A DNA stretch of 56,454 nucleotides, filler included, from Sphacelaria rigidula (lineage: Eukaryota): assembly GCA_964200075.2 (NCBI GenBank). It is 6 parts of 6 records of this genome, joined end to end, with 100 filler letters (N's around TTAATTAATTAA, not from the genome) between each part and the next. Parts side by side here need not be neighbours in the genome. Positions count along the whole stretch, not along the records: positions 9,427 to 18,752 come from CAXNAA020008736.1; positions 18,853 to 28,178 come from CAXNAA020008737.1; 4 more parts are not named here. One strand, given 5' to 3'. This document shows positions 12,586 to 26,100 of this stretch, piece by piece. The position numbers and the translations under genes are program-made. The notes below the pieces were generated by a model. The model saw only the letters and a program-made list of their open reading frames with translations. It ran no database searches and had not been told where the DNA came from. Each line of letters starts with the position of its first letter. The first letter of the stretch is position 1.

Positions 12586-13512
12586 GATGGTGGTCGAGCT
12601 AGGTAGTATCGTGCGGGGTGGGAGAACCTCAACTCCGCGCAAAGAGTATTGTCATACTGTGTCGTGTTTACATGGTGACACATCCATGAGGCACTGTGGA
12701 AGCCGTGGCTGTCTATGGAAGAGGCAGGATCAGAAAATGAAGCAATTTATTGCAGGCTGTCATCCATATACGTACAAGATAACCAGCACGCTTCGGGTCG
12801 AACAATCTTGGCAGGATGCAGCTCACCCTTCATGCGACTCGCCGAACACAACACGGCGCTTCGCGCTTGGTGGATGGGAAGAAGGCCGGGCAGGGAAAGA
12901 GCGTGGATCTCGGGGCTCGCCGTTGTAGGGAAGAGANNNNNNNNNCGCTTGGTGATTGAGTGCGAGCCTGGTCCTACGAAAACCCGGCGTGCTCCGTCCC
13001 CGCTTTGTAGGGATGCGAGTTCAACGGTCATATTTAACTCACAGGGGATCTTACAAATTGGGGATGGATCTTTTATCGGGGATGAGAAACCCGGATGGTT
13101 AAAATCTGCGTATCCACACCAATTCCTCGAAATATGGTTCCATTTCTTCACCTACTGATAGTTTTTGACATCTACCACACGTCATACATATTTGGATTTC
13201 GATCACCGAAATGTTGGGGTCCTAGGTGAAAAACCACTGTTGGGGAATTCCGGGTGTCCGAACGGACGCCAAAACGGTTCCCATTTTTCTTCACCTAGGA
13301 CCCCAACATTTCGGTGATCGAAATCCAAATTTCTATGACGCGTAGCAATTGTCAAAAGCTATCAGTGGATGAAGAAATGGGATCATATTTCGAAGATTTG
13401 ATGTGGAAACGAAGATTGTAATTCTCCGGGTTTCTCATCCCCATTGAAAGATCCATCTCCAATTTGTAAGATCCCGTGTTGACTGCGTGGAAGATAATGA
13501 GTACACCCCCCC
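12586..13512 (+). mobile_element. SINE-like element (type B tail), flanked by C-runs and interrupted by a MITE
   Basis: Starts GATGGTGGTCGAGCTAG after a poly(C) tract and aligns with 13598-13996. Its 3' end ATGAGTACACCCCCCC resumes after the MITE at 13042-13478. Confidence 0.65.
13042..13478. mobile_element. MITE with about 190-bp TIRs (CA...TG ends)
   Basis: CAGGGGATCTTACAAATTGG ... CCAATTTGTAAGATCCCGTG; the inner TIR part CGATCACCGAAATGTTGGGGTCCTAGGTGAA is inverted perfectly; second copy at 52664-53064. Confidence 0.9.
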
Positions 13513-13597
13513 CTCGCGCGCGCGTCGTCACTCACCGCGGAAGGTAAGCAACCAGGATACCGTTTTTTTCCCGCTTGTGTTTATTTGCGGCAACCAT

Positions 13598-13996
13598 GAT
13601 GATGGTCGAGCTAGATCACATCGTGCGGAGTTGAGACCCTCATCTTCGCGCAAAGGGGGTGATCGTATTAGGTACTGTTTACTGTATATGGTGAGACCCA
13701 TGAGGCACTGTATAAACCGTGGCTGTCCGAGTGGCGATGCCAAAGAATCAGGCAACTCATGGGAGGCTGTCATCCACATGAAAAATAATCAGTACGCTTC
13801 GGGTCCAACACTCTTGGCTGGACACAGCTCATCCTTCGTGCGACTCGCCGGAAACATTACGGCGCTGCGCGTGTGGTGGAGAGTGACTGCGAGCTTTGTC
13901 CGGCGAGAACCTGGCGTACTCCGTCCGAGCTTAGTAGGGAGGCGCGGTCAATGGTTTATATGACGTTATTCAAGTTCATGAGACCCTTCCCCCCAC
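13598..13996 (+). mobile_element. Diverged second copy of the SINE-like element
   Basis: GATGATGGTCGAGCTAG ... CCATGAGGCACTGT ... GCGACTCGCCG ... GGTCAATGG ... CATGAGACCCTTCCCCCC, colinear with 12586-13030. Confidence 0.65.
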
Positions 13997-15664
13997 CGCT
14001 GCTCCGCCATGAGACGGTGACTTTGGCTGTGGCCCTGTTCACTACTCTCGTCACTGTCCTTCATTCTGCATGAGGTGGAGTACATATTGGGATCACATCG
14101 ATGTATTTTTTTAACCAAGGCTTGACGGTCACGTATATTTCAATGGGATTCCGTATAAGCTCACGGCAACCGGAGTCTGCCTGCTCGTATCCGGCCACGT
14201 CCTCGATACGATGCCTACGCCACTTTTTCACAACAGTCAGTGTTAACTTTCAAAACAATCTCCTTTTTTGTTTCATGTTCCGATTTCGTTGCTCCCCTAC
14301 GCAACGTTTTTTTTCCCATCAGATACGTCTCCGTAACTTTTCTGCTTTGACCGAGGCGTATTTTGTGCCATCTCTTGTCGCTACCCGATTTCTCAGTGTG
14401 ATGTACTCAATCTTTTAGATTGATGAGAAGCATATGGCGTTGTGTGGCAATTCCGGTCTTCGGACGAGTACAGAATCGGCCATCTTGTACTGCTGACTCC
14501 GTTCCCCATGACGTTTGGTCTCATGCGTGGTGACCATGGGAGAAAAGCTCAAGGAGTCGGGCCAAATGGCTTGTCGACAAGATGCGGGATTGGTTGTGAA
14601 CAGTTGGGGACCGCGTGATCACCGGAGTGTTGTAGCCATCAATTTGCATCCAACTTGCAGTCCCTTTTGGTGGTGCGCAATGACATGATCAACATTGAAA
14701 ATTGATGGTGTGGATGCAACCTAAAATACCATCACGGGAAAAGCACCCTGTCTATATTCCGCCGTTTCAATAAACTCATCCCGGAAAACAACAAATAGTA
14801 GTCCATCCTAAACATTCACTTTCAAGTCTTGAGGCACCTCTGACTGGGGCAGCCAGGCGTCTGTTTGTTTCTGGTTTAGAACAACCCAGGCAAAAACGAA
14901 AAACAGCTCCATGGCGTGGCCGCTGTCTACAAAAACACTGAATGAACGAGCCAAAAACCACTATATTGCAGCGGCTTGCAAGTGTAACCAAAATAGATGG
15001 ACCATCTGCATACTGTCACACAGTTGAACGACACGCACACAATCGATTAGAATATCCGAGTGATCCCTGATTCAGGGATGAGTCTCACCGCGTGCGGTAG
15101 ACCCCCTGGTGATATTATTCCTTATTCCGACCATGTATTTGCTCATACTTGGAAGGGATCGTCGTCAGCTCTGCCAAGATATCTATGGCGAAGGCGGCAA
15201 ACGTCCACCCTACACCGTGATTTCTCTCCGGTCGTCACGGACGTGTACTGACGGTAGTGATCCTTGCTCAACCTCGCCCTTTCCGCGCCTGTTCGCTCCC
15301 TTCACGCCGACTACAAGGATCAGACGGTGGTACCTACTGCAGCTGTTTTTGCCACGGTGCTTCCCCGAAGCGTCTGCACAACGGACAAAATGCTACCGAC
15401 CCTCCTCAACAATATGGTGGAACATCACGAGCCATTTCTGACGTAACACACACCAATACACAAATAAATCCACTCAATTAATACGGATGCGCGGCAAGAT
15501 GACCGCATTTTCGACGGGGGGGGGGGGGGGGGGGGGGCGGGAAAAAAAAAAACACGGGGGGGGGGGAAAAACAGGATGTGTTGGGCAAGAAAAAAAGGGG
15601 GGNNNNNNNNNNAATCACTACAAAAGAAGCAGAGCAAAGTTGGGGGGCCGCGGGGGGTGTGGAT

Positions 15665-15697
<33 letters not shown>

Positions 15698-16619
15698 CGC
15701 GAATAAAAAAAGCATCGTGACGGGGTCAAAAACATGGATTTGAGAGCTGAAACCAAGCAGGGCTGGTTGGCCACTTTTTCCAGTGGCGCTCTCTAACGTT
15801 TTTTTTGTGGTTCCTCGGGTTGGGTGCAAGCAGCAACAAAATGAACATAAAGGGAGTGCTGTATAACACTATGAAGAGCAACCATCTGATCAATCACCAT
15901 CGCCGCTGATGATGGACATGGAACCCTTTTCAACTGTTGCAGTTTTCAACTTCTAACAACAAGCCAGCCAACGCTACGGGAGAGATAATTCCCGGGTTTT
16001 CAGTTACCCCGCTAGTCAGGTGACTCCTTCAGGTCTTCTCCGACACCACGACAAGGAGGGGAGCGAATACACCGAGATTTAAGACCCTGTAGTGAACGAA
16101 GCGAAGAAATACAAAAAGGGAGAACTTCACGGAAACACTCCACGCTTAAACGAGCCATGCCTGCCAACAATGTGATCCTCGAACACTTTGAACAGAGTCC
16201 GAATATGAAAAGGCAAGAAAACAAATCGGGCAAAATGTCACCCCCCTAGCAAAACGCAAAACAACTCAAATACGCCCTTCTCTAGGCTGCTATACTTGCA
16301 GATGCAGATGAGCGGGCAAAAATACCGCACAGATTTCCCCCGCCCACCGATTGGTCAGGCGCATCTTCCTACCGTGCTACCGCGGAGCTTCGACCGGCAC
16401 CAGCGAAGGCAAGTCAAACACAAAGCACTTCGTTGCCGGCGATCAGCAGCTCCATGAAAAAAAAAAGGAGCTCAACACTCCGCGTTCTAACTCTCTGAAG
16501 AAGGATCCAGAACGAAAGTTCTCTCCAGGAGCATTTCTTTCACAAGCGCATCCCTTCAAAAACTGTACTCTCATCAAACCTTGCAGACAACTTCTACCAA
16601 ACCTTTTCCGCAGTATACG

Positions 16620-18752
16620 TTAGCTCTCCGGCGACGGGTTCCCTTCGTGAATACTGCGCATGACATCAGGTGCGCCCCCTCCTCGCTCATCCCAGCCGCT
16701 TATCCCTCTACCACCGCTGCCAACTCTCTGATGCTGCTGCTGCTGTAGCGGGGAAATATTCCCCCAACCGCCGCCGTCCCCCCCGGCTCCGCTTCCGCCT
16801 CCGTTACCACCGCTACTCCCCATCCATGCAACGCTATCCGCACTCCCACCCATGCCTGCACCCACATCATTTGCACGAGGGGCTCGAGGTGGTATGGGCC
16901 AGTGTCCCTGCTTCCCTGATTGTTGATGTTGCTGTTGCTGACTCCCACCTCCACCTACAAAATTAGATTGTGCGGCGCTTGTGCCGTAGCCTGCGAAGCC
17001 GTGCCCTCGTCCTGAGTAAGGGCTTTGGGTGGGACCGCTTGCGCCCGCGGGCGATCTCTGCAACAACAATTTCGACACATCGTTGGGTACGCATGGTACA
17101 GGAGAAGGACAGTACTCATTACTAATTTGTTGCTTGCCTAAGTCGTTTGACCATTGACCACGCATCCCTTTCGAGACGGAGCAGGGGGGGGGGGGATGGG
17201 GAGGAGGAATGCATCTATACCCCAGGGGCTTCTTTTTTTTTGTCACACGAACAGCAACATTATGCAGAGGGGCTTATCGTATCGATGTCGCTCGACCCAG
17301 GGATCGCAACCAGCCAAGTTCCAGGCACCATTAAATGATCGAGGCAAAAAGACTCGAGATTGGGACGCCCCCCCTCCCATCATACTTGCAAGCAAGTTAT
17401 TTCAGGACACAACAGCGGCCGCTGTACTGCCTGTTGCTTAAAGTTGAGGTAGTTGCATCTGATGTGCAGTGCTCTATTGATGTGGCTATACCACACGTAG
17501 TTTCCACGTGTGCTGAATGGGTGTTTAGTACTAGCTGTATAGTACTGTTGTTACTGCATCGTAAAATGTGTGTCCTATCTGCAAGGTAGTGGAGGTTCAG
17601 CTTTGGGCGATTATCTATGGGTTACACGATGACTGCTATATTTTAGAGAGGAGAAAATTCTACGAAAATTCATTGTGTGGGGGCAGGTGAGCAGTGGATC
17701 CAGCTCGTCCGGAACGTGTTTTTGTCCAAATCGGTGCCGGCGACGTCAATTCAAGGTTTTGCCAAAGCACACTTTGTCACCAGAAGCTTTGCACCCCCTT
17801 GCCCGAGGGTTCTCGTAGACATTGGATCGGGGTCAGGGTTAGGATTTCAGTGTTACGGTTAGTTTGTGCGAAAAAATCGTCCTTGGATTATTCTTGTTTT
17901 TGCCTTTTGTTCTTGTTTGATTTCTTCATACCTTATTACGGGTAGCTAGCCTGTGACCACGGAAGGCGTCCGCATCAGATACCCAGTACGAATATACCGC
18001 GCAGATATCGGAACGGTTTTGAATTTGAAGACAACGACAACAAAACAAAACAACAACATTGGATTTTCGCCCAAAGCTAAAGGTCGCCTCCTGCACGGTG
18101 TTGTCTGCAGCTCCCCTGATGCTTGATAGGGCGCGGTTTTGATTAATCCCGTTTTCCACCAACTTCGATCCCTCGGAAATTCGTCTGCTTTCCTTCAAGA
18201 GATGGGTGGAGGGAAAAAGCACCTCTCCGGGAACATCTACCCAACCCTCAGACAGCGAGAGTAGGTCATCTGTTGATTCGACATCAATTTCACTTGAAAA
18301 AGTAATCATGATCCAGGCGGACTACCCTCACTGCCCAAGGGTCAACGCGGAAAACCATCCTCGCCGGAAGCAAATTGTGCAAAAAGCTAACTGCAAGAAA
18401 AAGAAAAAAAATGTACGACTTTTCGGAATTCCAGGAGCGACCTCACCCCAGACCACAACCATAGATCAAACCTCACCGGCGTCGGTACATATGACCCCCC
18501 CGCGCCCGCCTGCTGCTGCTGCTGCTGCTGTAGCGTGTCGACAAAATAAAACTCGGATGACCCGGCGCTCGCTCTCCGCCTCAGTGCACGCGTGCTGCTC
18601 GAGCTCACCCATGCCGACCCGACACAGCTGCCCAGCTCCGAAACACCACCATCGTGCGACAGTCCCCCCCCCCCCCCACTGGCCCCCCCCCCCCGACGCC
18701 CCTGCCGCCCGGTACCCCCCCCACACACCCCCCCCCCCCCCCCGCCGCCCCC
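16620..18752 (-). CDS. 3' part of gene for a Gly/Gln/Ser-rich low-complexity protein of unknown function
   Basis: Exon from the contig edge to 18477 (...LQQQQQQQAGAGGSYVPTP|gtgagg) joins in phase 0 to terminal exon 17057-16620 (ttgcag|RSPAGASG...NPSPES stop). Confidence 0.6.
17112..17183 (-). mobile_element. 5'-truncated LINE 3' tail (type A) in intron
   Basis: Reverse complement TGCTCCGTCTCGAAAGGGATGCGTGGTCAATGGTCAAACGACTTAGGCAAGCAACAAAT...ATGAGTAC matches 53852-53916; preceded by a C-run on its own strand. Confidence 0.8.
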
Positions 18753-18852
18753 NNNNNNNNNNNNNNNNNNNNNNNNNNNNNNNNNNNNNNNNNNNNTTAA
18801 TTAATTAANNNNNNNNNNNNNNNNNNNNNNNNNNNNNNNNNNNNNNNNNNNN
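18753..18852. other. Artificial contig linker
   Basis: 44 N + TTAATTAATTAA + 44 N. Confidence 0.97.
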
Positions 18853-19452
18853 AAAGGTAAGCGGTTTCTGAAGGCGACACGTCCGTTTTTGCGTGGCCAT
18901 ATCTCTCGAGTAACATGTTTTTTTCCCCGTTTTCTTCGAGGCCCGGGTGCCAATGCCCCCCCCGAATGATGTGCGTGAAAAATTCGGAGCGAAAACGGTC
19001 AACCTGGCGTGTTTGGCTGTTTTCGCGTTTCTGGCCATTTTTTGTACCTTTCTTGGGCAAAAAACGAGAAGGTATACTTTTTCTAGGCCAGTGCTATTAT
19101 TATTGTTTTTATTTTTATTATTATTACTATTATTATTATCATTCTTCATCTTATTCTTCTCCTTACTTCGTATTATTACTTCGTATTCCAACCAATTCGT
19201 CCAACAACCCCCTTAAGAAGTATTAGTATTTCATTTCATTAATTTGTTGCATTTTCTTCACGATCAACATGGGTTCATCGTTCACAAGCCACACGTGTTG
19301 TGCGACGTTTCGCGTATTTCGGTTTGCGCGTAGATATGGTAGTCACGGGCGATTGTCTTACCGTTCCAGTGACGAACTCGTAAAATACATGTCGGCTGTC
19401 CTTTTCTGCTTGACCTTATGTGTCCTCTTATGTTACCTTCTCACGCAAGCAG

Positions 19453-19895
19453 ATGGAGGGGAATGTTGAAGTAGAGCTATTGGAGGAAGATGCCGACAAC
19501 AGCGTGGCCGATGAAGACGAGTCAATAACAGATGCGCCTGGGGAACGTTCTCCAAACCTCGAGGTGTGAATGGGGTGGGTGGTGCGCATCGATTTCCCAA
19601 AACCTGTCTACCTCATGAGTCGGTTTGTGGTTGTGGGTGTCATCGCACTCGTATGTATACACTTTGATGTGTGATGGCGGCCACCCTTTTTGTGTGCGCG
19701 TTCGTGGTTCTTGTTTCGTTGTTGCTGCGGTGGATTTATACTGCAGATGCATACACACGATTTTTTTTGAACGATTTGAATGACTAGGCCGGAGTCGTGG
19801 TGGTGCTCGGAAAGCAGGTTGCAATATTGCATCGGTCAAAGAGTCAACTTTTGTTGTGCGTTTTGATTTTTTTTTTTTGTTATTATCAGACGATA

Positions 19896-19933
<38 letters not shown>

Positions 19934-22900
19934 AATGGTGTCTTGCTGTCTCTTTCCTGCAAATAGTTTTGCCCCTCGCCAGTCTATAGGCAACAGCAAC
20001 CAAAACTTGAATTCCCGTTGTTTCTCTGTAAGGTGCTCGCGACGCCGCCTCCGCCGGAGAAGAGAGCAGGCTGTGGCTCAGGAGCCCCCTCGCCAAGCCA
20101 GATTCTGTTCACTCACGAAGAAATCGTCGTGCTCAAACTGCTCTTCAGTCTGTTTGATCGAAAGGGAAAGGTGAGGCATCGTCTACGCATAGCTTCACGT
20201 TATCTTTTCCGTTTACTGTTTCTCTCATCCGTGGAATCATAAGTCTGAACGTGAAATACTCTTCACGCCTCTCCCCCATATGCGTCCGATATAGCGGAAA
20301 ACATGTGCCCATTTTAGAACCAAGATAGAAGCACATACTGCGGCACATGAAGAGCATAAGAGCATACGGAAAGGAGACTGGAGAATGTACTTTTAAGCTG
20401 AAAATATCGTCTGTATTTCTCCCGTGTGTTTGTCTCTGGCAAAAGTCTCCCGTAAGAGCTCCACGGTCTCTCAGGTAGCCATCAGTTGCGTGGTGTAGAT
20501 TGTCAGTGGCGCCTGGAACATGATACAAGGAACACCTTACGATTGCGGAGCTCTGCCACACTGATACCAATGCTCTGGTCAGCACATCAAGCGGCTCGCT
20601 CACGAATTCCCAAGATACCTCGGTGTGATTTTGTCCCCCATCCCAAGAGGAGCAGACGGTAGATTGGGGAGTAGCACGTATTTGCTCTTAACAGTCCTCG
20701 TTTCTGCTGCGCGCTTTTTGTGATGGAGGCAGCCGTGCACGCCTAATAACCGTGGGCGATAAAACGCGGTCCCTTTCTTGGGCGTGTAATGATGAACATC
20801 AACGAATATGCGCTTCGGGGGGCAGGTCTAAAGCTCGAAAGTTCGTTGCACCATCCCCGCTGTTCATGTCCGTGTGGTTTTGTGGACTGTGCTCAGAATT
20901 TCATTACAAGAGACGATATCGTCATGTACGCGGAAGAAGGGGGAGATTTCGCGCAGCTCAAGGAGGTGGACGCCTGCATGCAGGTGTGTGTGTGCATGCA
21001 TGTGTGTGTCTCTGTGTGTTGTATCCGTGAACATGGTCATTTCCCGCCGTCTTGATCGTTCGCTGACTGCCTTGCTCATGGCGCTGCAGGAAACACCTAC
21101 AGTAGTGGGCGGTCTAACTGTCCATTTCGAGGCATTTTGTGATTTCTTCGTAATTGGCGATTTTCTTGGGCTCTTTTCACTTGCCACCGCTTATCACAAT
21201 GGGGATCTTAGGATATTTGTATCCGCTCCGCATTCCAAGAAAAAAATCATCTATACTCTAGATTGAGTGACTTACGGGCTGACCGGTCATCGGGGGTCCT
21301 GCCACGTTTCAGCCCAGATTATTACTCTTCGGTATTTTCGGTCGATCGAGCCTGTCCCGATCATATTTCTAAAAACATGTGCAGTTTTATTTCTTTGAAA
21401 TTCTGCCTACTCATTGCACCAGAGCCGAAAAATTGTGTTTCACGGTCAATAACACCCTCCTGATGAACGGTTTTTACTCGTTTCGCCCGATAATACCAAC
21501 TAGCACTGACTTGCGCACTGTGTTTTGAGGATGATCTGTTTATTGTACCAAAATCTACCGACGCTAGCGATTTCGAGTTCTATCGAAGAGTAATACGCGA
21601 GGAAAACCCCAAAACACCGCTGAATAGTTAGACCGCCCACTACTGTAATGTTGCTGCTGCCAAACAATTTAGTTCCCTTCCATGCGATCATGTTTAAAAC
21701 CAAGTACAATGGTATCCCCACATGAAGGCGGTCCGTTTCGAGGCGAGACCTAACTCCACAGCGATGGGTATCGGCTTTCGACCGTCACTCCTTCTGTATT
21801 GTTAGACAGAGGGATCGGGCCACTCGAAGGCTGAGTCCCAAATGAAGGCGAACATTTTTTGCTTGCACTACACCGCCTTCACCCTTTGACCGCCAGAGTA
21901 GATCAACTGGGCTATGGGCTATTTTTTAAGTGAAAGTCATGTCGATTCAACAGATGCCCAACTCTGGCGGTCGAAGGGTTGACGTGCCCTACATGAAGTA
22001 GGGCTGCATACAGCACGGTACAGACACCATGCACGGTGGACAATGCCGTTACAACACAACGCAGCAAGAAATCGCTGTGCAACGATACAGGTGGTACACA
22101 CAGCTGCGGGACATAGCTGTGTAGTACATGCAAGTAAGTACGGAAATGTGCGGGGCGGGCCGCGCACAGGTGCAGGCAACCGACGGTACCGCGGCCGGTG
22201 TTCCGTGCGCATACACCGGATGAATTATGGCAAGTGTTACGCGGGCGGGCGTTTCCATCTTGGTGTAGAAACGCACCAAAATGTTCCGGTAGAATTTTCT
22301 AAAGGAGTCTGGAAACCGTGTCGGTTAAGAAGAGTCGTCGAGATGAAGTTTCTGCCCGAAAACTTTTCAGGGTATTTTATTGGATGAGTTATTTTGGACG
22401 AAAAAAGCGGCCTTGGGGGTTGCGTTCTCAACTAGGTGGGGCAGTTCTAAACGATGGACAAACGTGTATGTTTCGCCGAAAGTTTCCGATTCCGACCACT
22501 TCCCGTGACACTATGCGATGTGTATTTTGATATATACGAAGTACATAAAAAGTTGCAGGTGCATTTTCCAACTTTCCTTTTGCAACTTACCACCGCGATG
22601 TACTTCCATTCCTGATCGGAAAGTGGTCGCCGCCACTGCCGCTTGCTTGACGCCCGCCTAGCCCTGTGCTGCACACACAGTGACTGCCCTGCACTGTATA
22701 AGCGATGTTGCTGTTGTCCGAGGTGATAATGGCGGTGTTGGGCGCGGCAGCAGTGTTGTGATGGGAAAATGGAAGAGCCAGTCGAATGTTTCCTGAAGTA
22801 CCCCCACCGTTCAGAGCGCGCCTGACTCTATAGTATTTATCATGTTATGATCGTCATCTTGTTTTTTCTGGTTAAAAAAATGGAAGAGCCGACGGAAAGT

Positions 22901-23141
22901 CCCCGAAAGTACTCCCACCGTTTAGAGCGGGCCTATCTTCTTTGTCTTTGTGCACGCTTTGTCGATATCTCAACAGGCAGTGGACGCGGACGGTGACGGC
23001 AAGGTCGGCCTGTCGGACTACATCAACTTCGCCGCCAGATTGAAGGAAATACACTCGTTGCAGCAGCTCCAAGACGTCTCCGACACACTGGAGCCCTCTC
23101 CGACCGCCGCTGACGATCGGTTACAGGTTGCCACGGACTAA
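19453..23141 (+). CDS. EF-hand pair protein (about 166 aa, 4 exons; 5' end may be incomplete)
   Basis: Exons 19453-19563, 20033-20170, 20897-20983, 22977-23141, all phase 0 with GT-AG. Loops LFDRKGK|NFITRDDI and VDADGDGKVGLSDY. The ATG directly follows an AG, so upstream exons are possible. Confidence 0.85.
19892..19936. repeat. (GAT)n microsatellite
   Basis: Read directly; intronic. Confidence 0.9.
21100..21645. mobile_element. Tc1/mariner-type MITE in EF-hand gene intron 3
   Basis: Perfect 20-bp TIR CAGTAGTGGGCGGTCTAACT / AGTTAGACCGCCCACTACTG with TA on both sides. Confidence 0.9.
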
Positions 23142-26100
23142 GGGATAGGTTGATGTTGACTGCTCCGCGAATGTGCGCCTTGTGTCATTCCAACGGGTAT
23201 GTGGATATGCTGCTGAGCCTACGATATTTATTCCCTCAGTGAAAGAGGGGCAGGGAGCAAGCAACTGTAGCTGGGGGTGTCGTGTCGCATGTTGTTTGGG
23301 CGTATTGTAGCGGCACGTGCCTGCTATATATTGGTGCTGGGCCCCGCAGCTGCAAGGTTGGTAGTAGGTCGCGCATAATTGTAGTGCCATAAGTTTTACT
23401 AGTGGACGTGTAATGAGTGCGATCAGTTTTGGGGCACAAGGTTGCGGCTGTTGGCGTGTCTGTCGGGTGGATGGTGCCCGACGAGAGCACAATACGCGGG
23501 GCGCACAGGGGCCTCCGAAGTTGAGCTTTGAGGTGCTTCCGGCGACCTCCACGCTGCGATGGACGTTTCCGACGAATGTGGAAGCTCTGGTTTGAAGATG
23601 AGTAGTTGCGACCTACAGTGACATTAGAACGCGGTTGGCCAACGCGGGCGTGATGACAGTTTGGCGACTGCAAGTGCCCGCTCGCAGGTACAGCTCTTAT
23701 GGTAGGGTGCTGCACACGGTTGTGGGGGGGGTTGCTGTGTAGCTACTGCCGTTAAACTGTACATACCATATAGAAATGGCTGAGTGCTGCGCGTGATTTC
23801 GAGAATTCTGGTTTTGCCCGTCCCCATAAACGCGCGTATAGTTCTCGTGCATTTGCTGTTGCTGCGATATCTGTGTCATACGAGTGTGATGCTACTACAT
23901 AACTGTTGGCGTCAGCAGGAAAAATATGAATAATAAACAGCTGATTGTTGTCGATCGTTATACCTTGGTGCGGATGGGGAAAGGAGGGGGAGGGGGGGAC
24001 GCGGATGGGGCGCCGCGCCACCCACTGCATCAGCAATACAGCAGATGTCAACGATCGATTTTCTTGAAACTAGTCTCAATGACCTGTTTCCCTATTTTCA
24101 CGAAGCGTGTGATCATGCTGCAGCAGCGTGTGCACAAGCCTCCAAGAGATGAACACGCGCTGCCGTTCTTGGTAGCTGTTATTGTTTCGGCTACGGGAAC
24201 TCTTCGCGGGCCGTTGATTTAGGGTCACTTGTAGTTGAAATCGCGCGAGGGCTTGCACTACTTGGGAATTGCAAAAATTCAGGGTGTTTCGTGCTCGCCC
24301 TCATGTTAAGTACGTAAGGTGTCGCGCTTTGCGCAAGCTGTTCTTGAGCTGTACAGTAGACGTTAAATAGTAAGTGATGGAGTGGATATGAGTTGGTTTA
24401 CAACGATATTTAAATGGTACCAGGTGCCTGAAATAGCTCCCTTCGTCTTCGTTGATACGGTGATCGCCCTCTTTCTCCAGTTATCGCTCTGGCGATATCG
24501 TAAGCACACACGCTGCTCAATGCAGTAGGCAGGACAACCAGGCCAGTGACAGCGGGCCTGGACGTATGCGGACATGTTCGTTCATGCTTGCTCCGGATAC
24601 CTGCACAGTTTGTAGCTCGCGGAACATGAGAGCGAGGGTGACCTCTAGCGTTGTTTGACTCGCTCAACAGTAAGGGCAATGGGGGGGAACAAGACTGTTT
24701 TTGCGTTTGTTTTCGTCCGACAGCGCACGGCTTGAACACTGTACTACTATGGCTGTACATGATACATGAAACGTGGGGTAGTGGATCTAGTGGATCTAGG
24801 TACAGTGGTCCCATCATAGTGTGGTGGGTCGCCAGCTCGGCGTCATCATAATAGTTGTGTGCTGGGATGCCACACTATTCCAATTTCACTTATAATTGTG
24901 AAATTGGTTTCTGCTCCGAGTCAAAATTCGACAAACCGGTTTTTTGCGACTCGTTTTATGCTATATTTTTTCCCACCCTAAAACCCTCATTGATTTCGGA
25001 TTTTGGGGGAAAACTTTAGTCAAACAGAAACCAAACCCATCTTGCTCCAAGGGGCACCTGGACACACAGCAGCCGCTGCTGCCTACCTAGTATCATGCTC
25101 CAAATCGAAGTCTTGAGTGAGGACGCCCAGCATTCAGCTGCTTGACGCGACCTCTACGTTCTGTCACGGACTCTTCCCCACGTACCGACACGGGGGCAAC
25201 ACCCCCGTACAGACAGTAGCAATGCTAGCGGATCCTACCTCCTGACAGTCTGTGACAGTCTGGCAGCCGTCAAGGTGGTTATGGTGATGCCCTTCCAGCG
25301 ATATCAACTTACAGTCCACTGGAGCAAATTTTGCAGGTGAATATTTTGGCGATTGCCTCGCCTACAGCTCGGCCAGATGATGCGGATTTTTTCACGATCT
25401 CACTGAGTAACATTACTACACCTCACACCACCAGAGTCATTTTAATCATGTTTATGTAGTTCGGAAAACCGAACTGTTATGTTTTTACAGAATTTTCGAA
25501 ATTTGGTACATATTGCTACGCCGGGCGACGTATGTGCAGACGCCAGCCAGTCCAGTAGAGCGACAAAAGCTAGCTATGATCGGGTTTGCCTGCCGTACTA
25601 CCGCCAGCGTTGCTTGAAAGCCACAAGATCTCTGCGGTCGGCGGTTGATGGCGTGGGTGTCAAATGCAACAAGTAGTTGATCATAGAGCACCCTTGTTCT
25701 TCGTGGGGTCATATCTCGCCCCAGGTTGTAATGCGTGATCTCGTCACATCGGAATCAATTCTTGAAAGCTACTGTACCGAGGTGTTCACGCAGCCAGCGC
25801 GTGCTCCAGATTGCAGCATGGGCGCACCTCTCTGCACCACGCTCGCAACGGTAAGATCACTACCATAGGTATCTCTTTTACTCCGCATGTCAAGAAGGTC
25901 TCCACAAGTGTTTGATATCTCATACCCCCCCTTCCCGGCTGGCGTCTCTCACGCTCTTTTTGTCGTTGGGCACCCAGAGGGTCGCTCACATACATGTCGG
26001 GTACAATCAACGATGAATAACACCCCCCAAGTTCAAATTCGATACATCTGTTGTTTTCGCCGCACCACCGCCCTTGCTGACATGTGTGTGACAGAGAACA

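Noticed and set aside
22233..22512. Possible hAT-like MITE (AGTGTTACGCG / CCCGTGACACT)
   Set aside because: TIR short and mismatched, no TSD.
19453..23141. EF-hand protein as a linked myosin light chain
   Set aside because: Different contig and only two EF-hands; no evidence of linkage.
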